IMG/VR virus record: IMGVR_UViG_3300032038_000013
Length of the DNA: 64,000 bases
Origin: an uncultured virus (IMG/VR IMGVR_UViG_3300032038_000013)
Taxonomy: Duplodnaviria; Heunggongvirae; Uroviricota; Caudoviricetes
Strand: one strand, 5' to 3'
In this document: positions 1 to 10,626 of the stretch, piece by piece
Numbering within the stretch: the first letter of the stretch is position 1
How the letters are laid out: every line of letters begins with the position of its first letter
Made by a program: the position numbers and the translations under genes
Notes under the pieces: generated by a model
Databases searched by the model: none
Told to the model about the DNA's origin: nothing
The model's input: the letters and a program-made list of their open reading frames with translations, nothing else

Positions 1-570
1 CAGTTTTATGAAGATAATAAAATGGTTAAAGATATGTTTTATATCATCAAGCCAAACAAGTTGACAAAACGAGAACAAGCAGCTCAAGATACATTGATAA
101 ATTTTGATTATATATTGTATAATAAGATTGATTTAGATATGTATAAAGACAATAATTTATTCTCTGAATATTGGAAGACTGTAAATATGATTTCAATTGT
201 TAAGAAAATAAAAGAATGTATATACGATAATATTCAAGGAAGAAAATCATATAAATTGTATATAGTTCAAGAAGGAATAAGTTATGGTTCTTCAGTAAGA
301 ACTAAATCTGTATTTGATTTGGCAGGTTTAAATTATATGATAAGAAATGAATTTATTGAAAAGGAAAATATATCATTCTTTATTGCACCACCAACTCATA
401 TAAAGAAATTTGCAACAGGAATAGGTAATTGTAAAAAGGAACTTATAATAGAATTATTTAAAAGTGTAGAACCAAAACTAGCAGAAAAATTACCTAAAGT
501 TGATGATATTGCAGATGCATATTATATGAGCAAATTTGCAAGACAAATATATTTAGAAAATAATAAATGA
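1..570 (+). CDS. RuvC-like Holliday junction resolvase (probably 5'-truncated by window edge)
   Basis: Motifs QEGISYGS, PPTHIKKFATG.GN..K and DDIADAY; frame is open back to base 1. Confidence 0.75.
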   Translation, partial: QFYEDNKMVKDMFYIIKPNKLTKREQAAQDTLINFDYILYNKIDLDMYKDNNLFSEYWKTVNMISIVKKIKECIYDNIQGRKSYKLYIVQEGISYGSSVRTKSVFDLAGLNYMIRNEFIEKENISFFIAPPTHIKKFATGIGNCKKELIIELFKSVEPKLAEKLPKVDDIADAYYMSKFARQIYLENNK

Positions 571-1418
571 AAATCGGCTATTTTTATATTTCACATATAA
601 TTAATGATTATGTATGCGAAAATTTTTTTAATATAAAAAATGCAGTTCAAGATGAAAACACTGATGTAATATTTTGTAATCCTAATGGAAATTTAAATAA
701 CATAGATGTTTCTGATTATTTAAATAATTCTGAATATTGTTTTTTAAATATAGATAGAGATGATTTTATAGACCATAATAATTATTGTGTAACAAAAAAT
801 CATCAAATATATTTAGCGGTTTATGATATTTATAAAACATATGACTATTATTGGTTTATTGAATATGATGTTCAAGTAAATAATTTGAACAAACTTGAAG
901 GATATAAAAAATTATTTGATTTTTATAAAACTAATGATAGTGATTTAATTTGTTGTAATATTCATAACTGGAAATATAATATTTGGTATCAAAAACGATA
1001 TCCAGAAGAATTAATGAATAATTATAAAAACATAAATAATAATTTTTTATATAAAGACAATAAAATACAAACTGATAATTTATATTTTGGTTTTTTTACT
1101 ATATGTAGAATTTCAAATAGGTTATTATCAGAAACTTTAGAATATTATAAGAATAATGATGGATTTTTTGAATATGTAATACCATCATTAGCTAAATATA
1201 AAAATCAAAAAATATGTTCATTTAATGATGACAAATTTAATATTGAAAATACTCATTTATTAAATGAACATATGATTAATACTGGTTCAAATGGTTGGAA
1301 TGTTAAAAACTTAAATACTGATGATATTGTAAAACATAAACATTATTTTCCAGAATATCCAAAAAACGTTATTATTCATCCAATAAAAAATTTAGAAAAC
1401 AATAAAGAGGAGAACTGA
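567..1418 (+). CDS. Putative glycosyltransferase-like protein (DUF3405-like)
   Basis: YDYYWFIEYDV and C-terminal IIHPIK motifs; Asn/Tyr-rich. Confidence 0.45.
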   Translation: MKIGYFYISHIINDYVCENFFNIKNAVQDENTDVIFCNPNGNLNNIDVSDYLNNSEYCFLNIDRDDFIDHNNYCVTKNHQIYLAVYDIYKTYDYYWFIEYDVQVNNLNKLEGYKKLFDFYKTNDSDLICCNIHNWKYNIWYQKRYPEELMNNYKNINNNFLYKDNKIQTDNLYFGFFTICRISNRLLSETLEYYKNNDGFFEYVIPSLAKYKNQKICSFNDDKFNIENTHLLNEHMINTGSNGWNVKNLNTDDIVKHKHYFPEYPKNVIIHPIKNLENNKEEN

Positions 1419-1428
1419 TGTTCTCCTC
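1401..1428. terminator. Bidirectional terminator hairpin; copy 1 of a 28-nt direct repeat
   Basis: GAGGAGAAC-tgat-GTTCTCCTC between convergent genes. Confidence 0.75.
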
Positions 1429-1435
1429 CAATATT

Positions 1436-3007
1436 TTATTCAGGATCGTATTCAATAATTCTTGATTCATCAATACTTGGATTATTTAAATGAAGTGCTT
1501 CAATATATGCAGCTTTAGATCCACGTGGTACATATATAGGATATGTTGCTGTAATTTTATTAGTTTGTGCACTATCATATGACTTTCCTGTATCTTCTTT
1601 CCAAATTATTGTTACAGGATTTTCTGAATTAATTTCTTCATCAAAATTATGTTCACCAAAATATGGAGGAACACTACCTTCAAATTTTATTGATGGGAAT
1701 GATGCAAATTTAAAATCATCATTTAATATAAATTCGCGGTTTTCTCTATTAGTTATAGTATATGATATATGAGCACCTGGAGAAAATACATTACTTCCAA
1801 TTGATGTAACTGATGCTGGAATAACTAATTGTTCATCTGAATTATACCAGAAAAACGCAGATGAACCAATTGTTTTTAATGCTTTAGGTAATTTCATTGA
1901 TATTTTAATTACTTCTCCATTATTAAACATTGATTCCGGTATATTTTCAAGATCATCACCAAAATCAATAAATAAACTTGGTTCTTCATGATCATCAGCT
2001 ATACCACCACCTTTTGCATATGAAAAACTACCATTTACAAAATTCTTTAAATGTTTAGGTAAATGAATATATGAATAATAAGCTCCACTTCCATTAAAAC
2101 CATTTAATGTTTCAATATTATCATTAAATATTAATTTACTACAATTTCTATATGATGATGCATTATAAACTTTAATAGATGCAATATTTGATGTTATAAA
2201 GTTTATACATGATACTAATTCTGTATTACGATAATTTTGATTTATAACAGATGAGTTTTCTTTATCACGCCAAACACCTTGTAAACATATTTTACAATAT
2301 AATTCTTGATCTTCAGGTGTTGTTGCATATACCATACATGCTCCGTAAAATGTATTTGATCTATTTTTTAACCAATTTTCTGCTTGTGCATATCTTTCCT
2401 CATAAGGTAATGTATCAAATTCTGCTTGAACTTCTTGTTTTCTTCTAACAATTGCTTCTTCTGTAGTTTCACCATCTAATAAAGAAAAAGGATAATATGA
2501 AATTATTCCTAATTCAGCAGCACGTGGTATACAATATTCAACATTAGATTCCCATGTATAACAACCATCATTTATTCCAGGTATATAATAATCAACATAC
2601 TTTGGATTATAAAAACTTGGTAAACTTGTTGGTAAATTTTGAAATACATTAAATCCATTATAATTAGGATCTTCAAGTGCTGCTTTCGGTATTTTTACTA
2701 ACCAAACAAAAGATTCACCATCAGCAAGTAAATGAATATGCTTACCAACAGGATCTAATAAAATATATTTTGTTTTTTCATCTGTTGGATCATCATATAA
2801 TCCGAATTTCCAAGTACGAGTTGTTCCTTCATCAAGTTCAATAAATTTATCGTACCATGTAAATGTATAAGCAATAATACATTCATCATTATTAGTATAT
2901 GTTATTCCTTCACTGTTTAATGTTACATTAGGTACATCAACACCAGCTTGACTTCCATATATTGATGCAGCATTTTGTTTTGTAATTAATGTTAAATATT
3001 TACTCAT
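1436..3007 (-). CDS. BspA-type leucine-rich repeat (LRR_5) protein, putative adhesin/virion decoration
   Basis: Repeats LPKALKTIGSSAF and IPASVTSIGSNVF; C-terminal IYVPRGSKAAY cap. Confidence 0.75.
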   Translation of the reverse strand: MSKYLTLITKQNAASIYGSQAGVDVPNVTLNSEGITYTNNDECIIAYTFTWYDKFIELDEGTTRTWKFGLYDDPTDEKTKYILLDPVGKHIHLLADGESFVWLVKIPKAALEDPNYNGFNVFQNLPTSLPSFYNPKYVDYYIPGINDGCYTWESNVEYCIPRAAELGIISYYPFSLLDGETTEEAIVRRKQEVQAEFDTLPYEERYAQAENWLKNRSNTFYGACMVYATTPEDQELYCKICLQGVWRDKENSSVINQNYRNTELVSCINFITSNIASIKVYNASSYRNCSKLIFNDNIETLNGFNGSGAYYSYIHLPKHLKNFVNGSFSYAKGGGIADDHEEPSLFIDFGDDLENIPESMFNNGEVIKISMKLPKALKTIGSSAFFWYNSDEQLVIPASVTSIGSNVFSPGAHISYTITNRENREFILNDDFKFASFPSIKFEGSVPPYFGEHNFDEEINSENPVTIIWKEDTGKSYDSAQTNKITATYPIYVPRGSKAAYIEALHLNNPSIDESRIIEYDPE

Positions 3008-3060
3008 AATTAATATTTATATATTTGATATATTTATAAATTTACCTATTTTTATTTAAA

Positions 3061-3088
3061 AATAAAAAGGAGAACTAATGTTCTCCTC
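3061..3088. terminator. Terminator hairpin; copy 2 of the 28-nt direct repeat
   Basis: AGGAGAAC-taat-GTTCTCCT; 2 mismatches to 1401-1428. Confidence 0.7.
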
Positions 3089-3111
3089 TTCTTTATTCAA
3101 ATTATAACCAA

Positions 3112-4515
3112 TTATTTCTTTCCACAACAATCTTTAAATTTCTTTCCAGATCCACATGGACAATCGTCATCAGGATTTGGATCTTTCTTTTCAATTACTT
3201 TAGTGTCTTGTTTTTCTAATATAGCTAAATCTTTTGCAACTTTATTTAATAATGCAATACGAACAGGATCGTTCTTATATTGTTCAGCTAACATTGCAAT
3301 CTTTTTCTTACGAATACTATATTGTGCTTCTTTATTTGCTTCAAGTTGTTCTTTAATTTGTTGTGCTTCTGGATCTAATTTCTTCATATCTTCGTTAATA
3401 CGTTCTTCATACATATTCTTAAGATCTACACCAGCAACCTTAATAACATTATTAAGTGCTTCAACCATGTAATCATAATTATTAGATGAAGAACCAGCGT
3501 TAATAGAATTAAATACTGTCAAATTAACTTTATCTTTACATTCAATAATTGCACAAGTTGCGTTAGATGATGTCAATAACTTACAATTGTCTACTAAATT
3601 AATTGATTCCATGTTTTCAAATACGTCGGCAATTGCTGATGAAACTTTCATTAATTGAAGTTTTTCAGCTACTGGAAGAACCTTAGAAAGATTATCACAG
3701 TATTGACGGAATGCAATATGATCTTCAAACTTTTCGTTAATATTTGTTGCTTTGAATGTTAATTCTGATTTAGATTCATTTGTTTCTTCATTAACACTTT
3801 CGTTAATTTCAAAACGGTAAACACCACGAGCACCCTTAAATTCATAGTATAATGAATCACCATCACGACCCATGTTTTCAAGTAATGCATTGATGTGATT
3901 GAATTTTTCATTTTGAACTGGAGTTGTTACAATTGTAACACCAGATTCATTCATCATAAATGTTGTACCAAGTGCTTTGAAGTAGATGTTATGTGTACCA
4001 TCTTCTTTCTCTTCATTAATACAATAGCTAATTGGATTTACTACTGTATAATTAACAGCTTGAGCTTCTGTAACTTGTGTCTTATAAACTTCTTTACAAA
4101 TTGCACGGAACTCAGGAATGTATTGAATATTCTTTAAAGAACCTGCCTTGATGTAGCTTACAACTTCAGCTTCATTCATTTCAAGAAGTTTTGAAACTTG
4201 CTGTACTCCAATCTTGTTAATGTAATTGTAAGTAGAATTGTTTGCATTGATGCTTTCGCATGCAGAAGCAAGTTTCCAAGATATGTTGTTTTCTTTGATA
4301 AAACTGTTTACAGATTCTAAAATATTGGTTAAACCTGTATCAAAGCCGTACTTTGAAGCTTCTGCTATAAATCCATTTACTAACGAACATGTTACTGGGT
4401 TTGCATAGCAATATCCTCTATATCCGTTAAGCATTTCCTTACCTGCCTCTGTAATAGCATCATTCTTACTTATAAGTTCGGCAAAGTTAAGGTTAGTCAA
4501 TAATTTTTCGCTCAT
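3112..4515 (-). CDS. Late protein with C-terminal SEC-C motif; possible head core protein
   Basis: C-terminal [15 protein letters not shown]; many I/V/M-N-E sites; likely start MSEKLL at 4515, downstream of the late motif at 4588-4600. Confidence 0.6.
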   Translation of the reverse strand: MSEKLLTNLNFAELISKNDAITEAGKEMLNGYRGYCYANPVTCSLVNGFIAEASKYGFDTGLTNILESVNSFIKENNISWKLASACESINANNSTYNYINKIGVQQVSKLLEMNEAEVVSYIKAGSLKNIQYIPEFRAICKEVYKTQVTEAQAVNYTVVNPISYCINEEKEDGTHNIYFKALGTTFMMNESGVTIVTTPVQNEKFNHINALLENMGRDGDSLYYEFKGARGVYRFEINESVNEETNESKSELTFKATNINEKFEDHIAFRQYCDNLSKVLPVAEKLQLMKVSSAIADVFENMESINLVDNCKLLTSSNATCAIIECKDKVNLTVFNSINAGSSSNNYDYMVEALNNVIKVAGVDLKNMYEERINEDMKKLDPEAQQIKEQLEANKEAQYSIRKKKIAMLAEQYKNDPVRIALLNKVAKDLAILEKQDTKVIEKKDPNPDDDCPCGSGKKFKDCCGKK

Positions 4516-4587
4516 ACTTATATATTTGGTATATTTATAAATTTCATGATTAGTTCTTTGCAACTAATTCTCGTTTCTATATAATTT

Positions 4588-4600
4588 TATATAAAAATAA
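4588..4600 (-). promoter_or_regulatory. Putative late promoter motif TTATTTTTAWATA (representative copy)
   Basis: Also at 3053-3065, 6755-6767, 8532-8544, 25608-25620, 33466-33478, 40768-40780 and 54767-54779, each just upstream of a minus-strand gene or operon. Confidence 0.7.
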
Positions 4601-4619
4601 TAATATTTAATTATTTAAT

Positions 4620-4898
4620 TTACATTTTCCATCCCATAGTTGTACCAATTGCACCCATTACAAGCTTTGATGTAAGTAATGATCCAAATGTACCCTTTTG
4701 GTCAACACCTAATGCTTTACAAATTGCTGCCCCAAGCTTAGGACCAATTGCAGCACCAAGAACAGCTCCACCTATTGCTCCTAATATTCCTTCATCAATT
4801 GGAACATTGTTTTCTTTTGCTTCATTAAGTTTTTGAATTATATCTTCATATGTTAAATCCTCATTTATTGGATTTGCAATTTCTTCCATTGATTTCAT
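4620..4898 (-). CDS. Small glycine-zipper protein with CTS-like leader
   Basis: GILGAIGGAVLGAAIG; PINE and PIDE putative cleavage sites. Confidence 0.6.
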   Translation of the reverse strand: MKSMEEIANPINEDLTYEDIIQKLNEAKENNVPIDEGILGAIGGAVLGAAIGPKLGAAICKALGVDQKGTFGSLLTSKLVMGAIGTTMGWKM

Positions 4899-4900
4899 AA

Positions 4901-5113
4901 TTAAGAATTATCTATTTCATCCATTAATTTATTTAACAACTTTGTTTCAGATTCTCCTTTACCATCTCGGCATTGAGCAAAAGCAGCATACATTGTTGCT
5001 ATAAATTCATTCCAATTGTTATTATCGCAATAGTCTCTTATCGAATTAATAAGTGTTTTTCTATTCTTTAACTTTTGTGAGTCTTCATTAATAATATCAA
5101 TTAATTCTTTCAT
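4901..5113 (-). CDS. Hypothetical protein with CTS-like N-terminus
   Basis: Likely start MKELIDIINE at 5113. Confidence 0.6.
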   Translation of the reverse strand: MKELIDIINEDSQKLKNRKTLINSIRDYCDNNNWNEFIATMYAAFAQCRDGKGESETKLLNKLMDEIDNS

Positions 5114-5130
5114 TTCAGTAATTAATATTT

Positions 5131-6321
5131 TTACCAACCACCTGAGAAGAAATAAGAACCAACTGTTACATCAGTAATTGTTTCGTGGAATATTTCCTCA
5201 CCTTTCTTTGTACATATTACTTCAAAATCATAATTATAATTATTAATAAATGAAGAATTATGAACATCTCCAGTATCTTTTTTATCTGACATTTTTAATT
5301 TTTTGATTTTAAACTTAAGATCATCAGCATCATCGACAAATTGTTCATATGTTTGGTCTTCTTTATTTAATCCATTAATTTTTGCACTAATGATTTCATT
5401 TTCATATTCATCTTTATCTGAACCGATTGATGACCAAACTTCAAATCCATATATCTTATTAATAACTTTCATAATAAGACCCATTACTGCTGATGCTTCA
5501 TGATCTCTATCATTGCCACCTTGATAATATGATTTATGACTATCTTTATACTCATGTTCAATTAAATCTTGGAGTTTACCACCAGAATAATCACAATTAT
5601 CAATAATTGATTTAAGATGTTCAATTGCGCCTGTCTTAAATGATGGACGAGCTTTTAATATTGAATTTTTAACACCCTTTAATGCTTTTTGTAAATCTTC
5701 TTGATTTGCAGGATCTGCTAAAAATTCTCCAAGTTCTTTCTTTTCACTATATACTAATCCGTTACCATTTTTCAAATACCAAACAATATTTGCAGGGTTT
5801 GTAAAGAAACTTTGTAATATTGAATCATCTTTTGGATAATATGGATTCCAACATCTTACTGGATCAATTTGTTTTGCAATAAACTTAATATCATGCCATT
5901 TTGATGTTGAAATAGATTCTTCATATTCATTCCACCATTTAAGCATTTCTTCTTTATCAAGTTTACCATCTGCAATTTGGTCAGCAATAAATTGTCCGTA
6001 ATCTTGCTTACTAAATTCTTTCTTTTCTCCACGACCTTTAGGTCCCCAAACTTGTTTAACAATTTCTTTTGGTTTATATCCTGCTTTATCAATTAATATT
6101 TGCATTGGATATTTTGCAAGTACTTCTTCAGGAGCAGTTCTACCTGGGCCCCACATTGGACGTGAACTCTTTTTAGGAGCTTTTTTCTTTTCATAATCAG
6201 CAAAAATTTTCTCCAATTCTGCTTTATAGTGTTTAGTTGAACCCCAAGCTTCATTTATTGTTGAAACTTGACCCAATGATATATTATATGATTCATTGAA
6301 TTTTTCTGTTAAGTGTTTCAT
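5131..6321 (-). CDS. Hypothetical protein with CTS-like N-terminus
   Basis: 396-aa ORF; MKHLTEKFNES. Confidence 0.65.
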   Translation of the reverse strand: MKHLTEKFNESYNISLGQVSTINEAWGSTKHYKAELEKIFADYEKKKAPKKSSRPMWGPGRTAPEEVLAKYPMQILIDKAGYKPKEIVKQVWGPKGRGEKKEFSKQDYGQFIADQIADGKLDKEEMLKWWNEYEESISTSKWHDIKFIAKQIDPVRCWNPYYPKDDSILQSFFTNPANIVWYLKNGNGLVYSEKKELGEFLADPANQEDLQKALKGVKNSILKARPSFKTGAIEHLKSIIDNCDYSGGKLQDLIEHEYKDSHKSYYQGGNDRDHEASAVMGLIMKVINKIYGFEVWSSIGSDKDEYENEIISAKINGLNKEDQTYEQFVDDADDLKFKIKKLKMSDKKDTGDVHNSSFINNYNYDFEVICTKKGEEIFHETITDVTVGSYFFSGGW

Positions 6322-6324
6322 ATA

Positions 6325-6732
6325 TTATTCTTGATTTAATTTATCCCATATTTTATCAAATGTTTCTTTATCAGGAATAGGAATGAAACATCTATCAACA
6401 AATACACCAAGTACATATTGTTCATTAGGTGTTTTTTCTCCTGACATATATTCCTTTAAGAAACCGTCAAAAGTACCAACATTCTTTGCTCCATCAGTAT
6501 GACCTTTTTCATCACCTACTTCGATATTCATTTGTTCTAATGTTGCCCAAGAAATTTGTTGGAAATTCCAGTCACATAAAAACATTGGTTCTTGTGAATG
6601 TTTGCCTGAGTTTTTATCCCAATTTTCAATACGCTTTGCAATCATTGAAAGCATAGAATTTCCATCATCTTTGAACATTGAAAAAAATGTATCTTTCTTT
6701 CCTTCGTTTATCATTTGAGTAATTGATTTCAT
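6325..6732 (-). CDS. Hypothetical protein with CTS-like N-terminus
   Basis: MKSITQMINEG; late motif upstream. Confidence 0.65.
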   Translation of the reverse strand: MKSITQMINEGKKDTFFSMFKDDGNSMLSMIAKRIENWDKNSGKHSQEPMFLCDWNFQQISWATLEQMNIEVGDEKGHTDGAKNVGTFDGFLKEYMSGEKTPNEQYVLGVFVDRCFIPIPDKETFDKIWDKLNQE

Positions 6733-6815
6733 TATAAAAATTTATATCATATTATATATAAAAATAAAAAATAATAAATATTTGTATATCTTTATAACTT
6801 ATATAAAGATTAAAA

Positions 6816-6843
6816 AAGTGGCAATAAAATTTTATTACCACTT
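6816..6843 (-). terminator. Rho-independent terminator
   Basis: AAGTGGCAATAAA/TTTATTACCACTT stem with U-tract on the minus strand. Confidence 0.65.
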
Positions 6844-6867
6844 CTTATAAATATTATATAACTATGT

Positions 6868-8508
6868 TTAATATTTCTTTTTCTTCTCACGACGAGCCTG
6901 AAGTTTCATTTGTTCTTTAATCATTGAACGAGCATCATCATCAGTAAAATCTTCGTCTTCTGAAGCTGTTTCAAATATCTTTGCACAAATACCGAAAGTA
7001 CGCATTGAAATTTCCATTTCAGCATCAGCATTTGAAAGTTCAGTTAAATAATCATATGCTTTGATTTTTGATTTTGACGAAAGATGTTCTGGGTCAATTG
7101 CAGGAAGTAACTTCTTAATTCTTGACAAGATATCTTCCTTTGTAAAATGAATATCTTGAATAAATGAACGACCTCTTAATGCTGTATCAAGTGAACCTGC
7201 ATTATAATTTGTAATAACAATTACACCACCATTATAATAGAATTTCTTTGGAAGTGGAGTACCTTCATCATCTTTAATAGGACCAGCAACTCCGTATGAT
7301 ACAAGACGTCCTTCATCATCAGATTCTGAGTCAAGAGCAGCTTTAAGAATATTGATACAATCTTCAGGAGCATTAGGACCAACAAGACCGTCAGCATCAT
7401 CAATCAAAACAATACAACCTTTGTCCTTATATTCCATCAAAGTTGTATAAAGTACTCGAGGAGTACATTTACCTTTGATAGTACAAAGATTATGACCTTC
7501 ATGATATCCTGCAGCTTTAAGCTGTTGTTTTACATTGTATGTCTTACCAACACCAGGTGCACCACAAAGAATAACTGATGGGTTAATTCCTTTGATTACC
7601 ATCTTAACATACTTCTGCATCTTCTTGAATACTTGGTCAGGATCTTCATGTTCCTCTTGGAACTTCTTTTCTTCCTCTTCAAGAGTTTTATCAATTTCAC
7701 TAATAATAGAAACATTATGCTTAACAGCAACCTTAAGTTCTCCAAGAGTTGTTGCACCGCCTTTAATTGCATTATCAATATCTTGAATATCTGCAATTAC
7801 TTGTTTCCATTTTTGAACATTTTCGGGAGTTTTGTTTTTGTCTTTTGCATCACGGGCTTTACGGAGATCAGCGATCTTCTTTCTTTTAAGATCTCTTAAT
7901 TCGTTGTTCATCTCATTTATTGTTTGTTGACCATTAAATATAGTACCATGTTGTTCTAATTTAAATGTTTCATCAATAATATTTTGAGATAAATTTTCAT
8001 ATACATGATATTGTAAAGCACCTACATAATAAGAATAACTTTCTTTAACGCTTGATAATTTCTCACGACCAATTTTCATTGCTTCTTCTTTAGACAAATT
8101 GAAGTTACCTGACGACGCTACGGTCCAAATAATAGGCAAGAAATAAACAAGTGAACTGCCTAATGTATAAAGCGTTAATGCTGATTTTGACTTTCCATCA
8201 AAAAGTATTTCACAGTCTTTGAAGAAGTCAATTGAATATACATCAGTCTTTTCTTTTGATTGACTGAAATTGATTTGGAAAGCAATTGATTTTTCTGGGT
8301 TCTTTTTAGGAACTACCATATATTGCTTTGAATAATATTGTGATGCACCTTGTTTTGTTGTAACATATCCTACAAGAGGAACAAGACCATCAATATGTTT
8401 CTTAAGCACTTTATCAATTAATTCAAATGCTTTATCAGTGTCTTTTGAATTAAATGACTCTACAATGAACTGCTTACGTGATTCTAAGAAATTTAAAAAT
8501 GTATTCAT
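6868..8508 (-). CDS. AAA+ ATPase with long N-terminal extension
   Basis: Walker A GAPGVGKT, Walker B LIDDAD, sensor-1 VITN, arginine finger ALRGR. Confidence 0.85.
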   Translation of the reverse strand: MNTFLNFLESRKQFIVESFNSKDTDKAFELIDKVLKKHIDGLVPLVGYVTTKQGASQYYSKQYMVVPKKNPEKSIAFQINFSQSKEKTDVYSIDFFKDCEILFDGKSKSALTLYTLGSSLVYFLPIIWTVASSGNFNLSKEEAMKIGREKLSSVKESYSYYVGALQYHVYENLSQNIIDETFKLEQHGTIFNGQQTINEMNNELRDLKRKKIADLRKARDAKDKNKTPENVQKWKQVIADIQDIDNAIKGGATTLGELKVAVKHNVSIISEIDKTLEEEEKKFQEEHEDPDQVFKKMQKYVKMVIKGINPSVILCGAPGVGKTYNVKQQLKAAGYHEGHNLCTIKGKCTPRVLYTTLMEYKDKGCIVLIDDADGLVGPNAPEDCINILKAALDSESDDEGRLVSYGVAGPIKDDEGTPLPKKFYYNGGVIVITNYNAGSLDTALRGRSFIQDIHFTKEDILSRIKKLLPAIDPEHLSSKSKIKAYDYLTELSNADAEMEISMRTFGICAKIFETASEDEDFTDDDARSMIKEQMKLQARREKKKKY

Positions 8509-8583
8509 ATTGTATATAATGTATTATCTATATATTAAAAATAACTTAAATTTTAGCTTTGATATTAGCTTAAAGTAAATAAC

Positions 8584-10263
8584 TTAAATAAAGTATACTT
8601 GTATATCAGGTATCTTAATTACATTTGTTTTATTATAATTATCTTTGTCAGCATAATAATTAAATCCACCATGCAATACTGGAACTTCAAGTTTTGAATT
8701 TAATGAAATATTTCCAAATCCATCAAGTCCTGGGTAATTATCCTTTTCATATATACAAAGTGTTTCTTTATATTGAATTGAATTATTAATGTTATTTAAT
8801 TCATATTTTATATATTGATTATTATAATATGCATCTTCGCCATACTTTGATATAATATCTAATTCAACGGCTTTAATACAATCAATGTTATTTACTAATA
8901 AATTTATCAATGTTGACTTTGCAATAAATAATGTATTATTTGGAAGTTCCAAGAAGAAATTAGCAAGTTCAGTTCTTATACTTTGTATTGCTGTATCTTT
9001 ATTATATACACTATCAACTTTAACATAGCATATAAATGCAAACTGTCTTATTACTGGATCTTTGAATCTTAATGTCAAACCCGCAAATGATTTCTTTGAA
9101 TTTTCAAGAGTATTTGTAATCATAAGTTTCTGACTATTTGTCAAAAGCATATCATTTACACTTATGTTATAATAATCTTCAATATCTTTAATTGTGTTCT
9201 TGATATTTGTAAGACATATAACATTAATGAACATTGTATTTGCATCTGACCAACAGTTTGTATATCCTATAAATGAGAAACGCTTAAAGAATAAATTAAA
9301 GTTTTCTTCTGATGCCAATACTAATGAACGTGAATTTGTGCCGACCATGTTTCTAATAAAATCAATTGTATCTGACTCATTACCACCAGAAACACAAGTC
9401 TGCATTGATAATATTATATAATCATTTATATTTACCGGATTACCTAATGAGTCTGTTCCATAAGTATCAAAAGTAAAATCATACTTATCATTAACAGTTA
9501 TGTTACCATTTATACCATTATGAGCAAGATAATCAACTGTAACTGTATCACCTTCAGTTAATATCTTTCCATACACGCCATCACCAAATATAATATCAAA
9601 AGTATTGTCATAACCAATATTCAAAATATATTGATGACCATCTTCTGTCATATCATAGAAATTACCTACTTCTTCCCAAGTTTCACCATTTACTTTTACT
9701 TCTACATATTGTCTATCAAACATATTTGTAGTACTAATATGTATTGTTTCAATTTGTACTCCTTTTGCAACTGCTGATGCTCTATTAAATGTACCTTGAA
9801 CTATTTTAAATTCATGTTGTATTAATGGCTTTGCAACATCAACAGTATAATAACTTGTAGGTAATACAATTGTATATACATATCCAGTTGTACGGTTAAT
9901 AAGTTTTGTCTTATTTTGAATGAACAACTTTGTTGACTTTGAATTAAGACGATTGTTTATTTGAAGTTTTCCTAATACAGTACCACAAGCTGCAGCTCCA
10001 TAATAAGCTTCATATCCAGATAATTTAGCTAAAGAATAAACTGATTTCTTACGAGTTGCTGTAAATATATTTTGCTCTGTAAATGCATCTTCAATATAGA
10101 ACAAGATATTTTGCATTATACCCTTCATACCATCAAATATTACACCGAATATTTGAGTATGTGTATATTCTAAACCAAGATTATTTAATGTTTTTGCTAA
10201 ATATCTTCTGACTGTATCATCAAACTTTTCAAAAGATGTATCTATTGTCTTGAATAGTTTCAT
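8584..10263 (-). CDS. Baseplate wedge subunit (T4 gp6-like)
   Basis: NIFTATRKKSVYSLAKLSGY, IIFGDGVYGK and SGG..SDTIDFIR motifs. Confidence 0.8.
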   Translation of the reverse strand: MKLFKTIDTSFEKFDDTVRRYLAKTLNNLGLEYTHTQIFGVIFDGMKGIMQNILFYIEDAFTEQNIFTATRKKSVYSLAKLSGYEAYYGAAACGTVLGKLQINNRLNSKSTKLFIQNKTKLINRTTGYVYTIVLPTSYYTVDVAKPLIQHEFKIVQGTFNRASAVAKGVQIETIHISTTNMFDRQYVEVKVNGETWEEVGNFYDMTEDGHQYILNIGYDNTFDIIFGDGVYGKILTEGDTVTVDYLAHNGINGNITVNDKYDFTFDTYGTDSLGNPVNINDYIILSMQTCVSGGNESDTIDFIRNMVGTNSRSLVLASEENFNLFFKRFSFIGYTNCWSDANTMFINVICLTNIKNTIKDIEDYYNISVNDMLLTNSQKLMITNTLENSKKSFAGLTLRFKDPVIRQFAFICYVKVDSVYNKDTAIQSIRTELANFFLELPNNTLFIAKSTLINLLVNNIDCIKAVELDIISKYGEDAYYNNQYIKYELNNINNSIQYKETLCIYEKDNYPGLDGFGNISLNSKLEVPVLHGGFNYYADKDNYNKTNVIKIPDIQVYFI

Positions 10264-10266
10264 ATA

Positions 10267-10626
10267 TTATCTAAATTGATATTTTCTTGTTGTTTTATTT
10301 CCTCTATTATCTTCAATATGAATTTGTACATCATATATCATTCTAATTTCACCTTTATACAAATTAACTTCAACATCATAATTCATTTTAGATAAAAAAT
10401 AAGTATCGTTAATCTTTTCAATTATATACTTTTTTAATGCTGATGTTGCTGGTGTCAACTGCCATAAGAACTGTTCAAAATTTGTACCAAATGTTGGGTC
10501 ATTAATTAATTCTGTAGTTTCAGTATTAAACAATAAATCAAGTTCTTGTAATCCTGCATCAAATTCACTGTTTAATATAACTCTATGATCTAATGATAAA
10601 TCAATCATAATTATACAATTGTCCAA
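10267..10626 (-). CDS. Baseplate gp25-like protein
   Basis: LLFNT..E...DPTFGTNFEQFLW motif; adjacent to wedge gene. Confidence 0.7.
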   Translation of the reverse strand: MDNCIIMIDLSLDHRVILNSEFDAGLQELDLLFNTETTELINDPTFGTNFEQFLWQLTPATSALKKYIIEKINDTYFLSKMNYDVEVNLYKGEIRMIYDVQIHIEDNRGNKTTRKYQFR

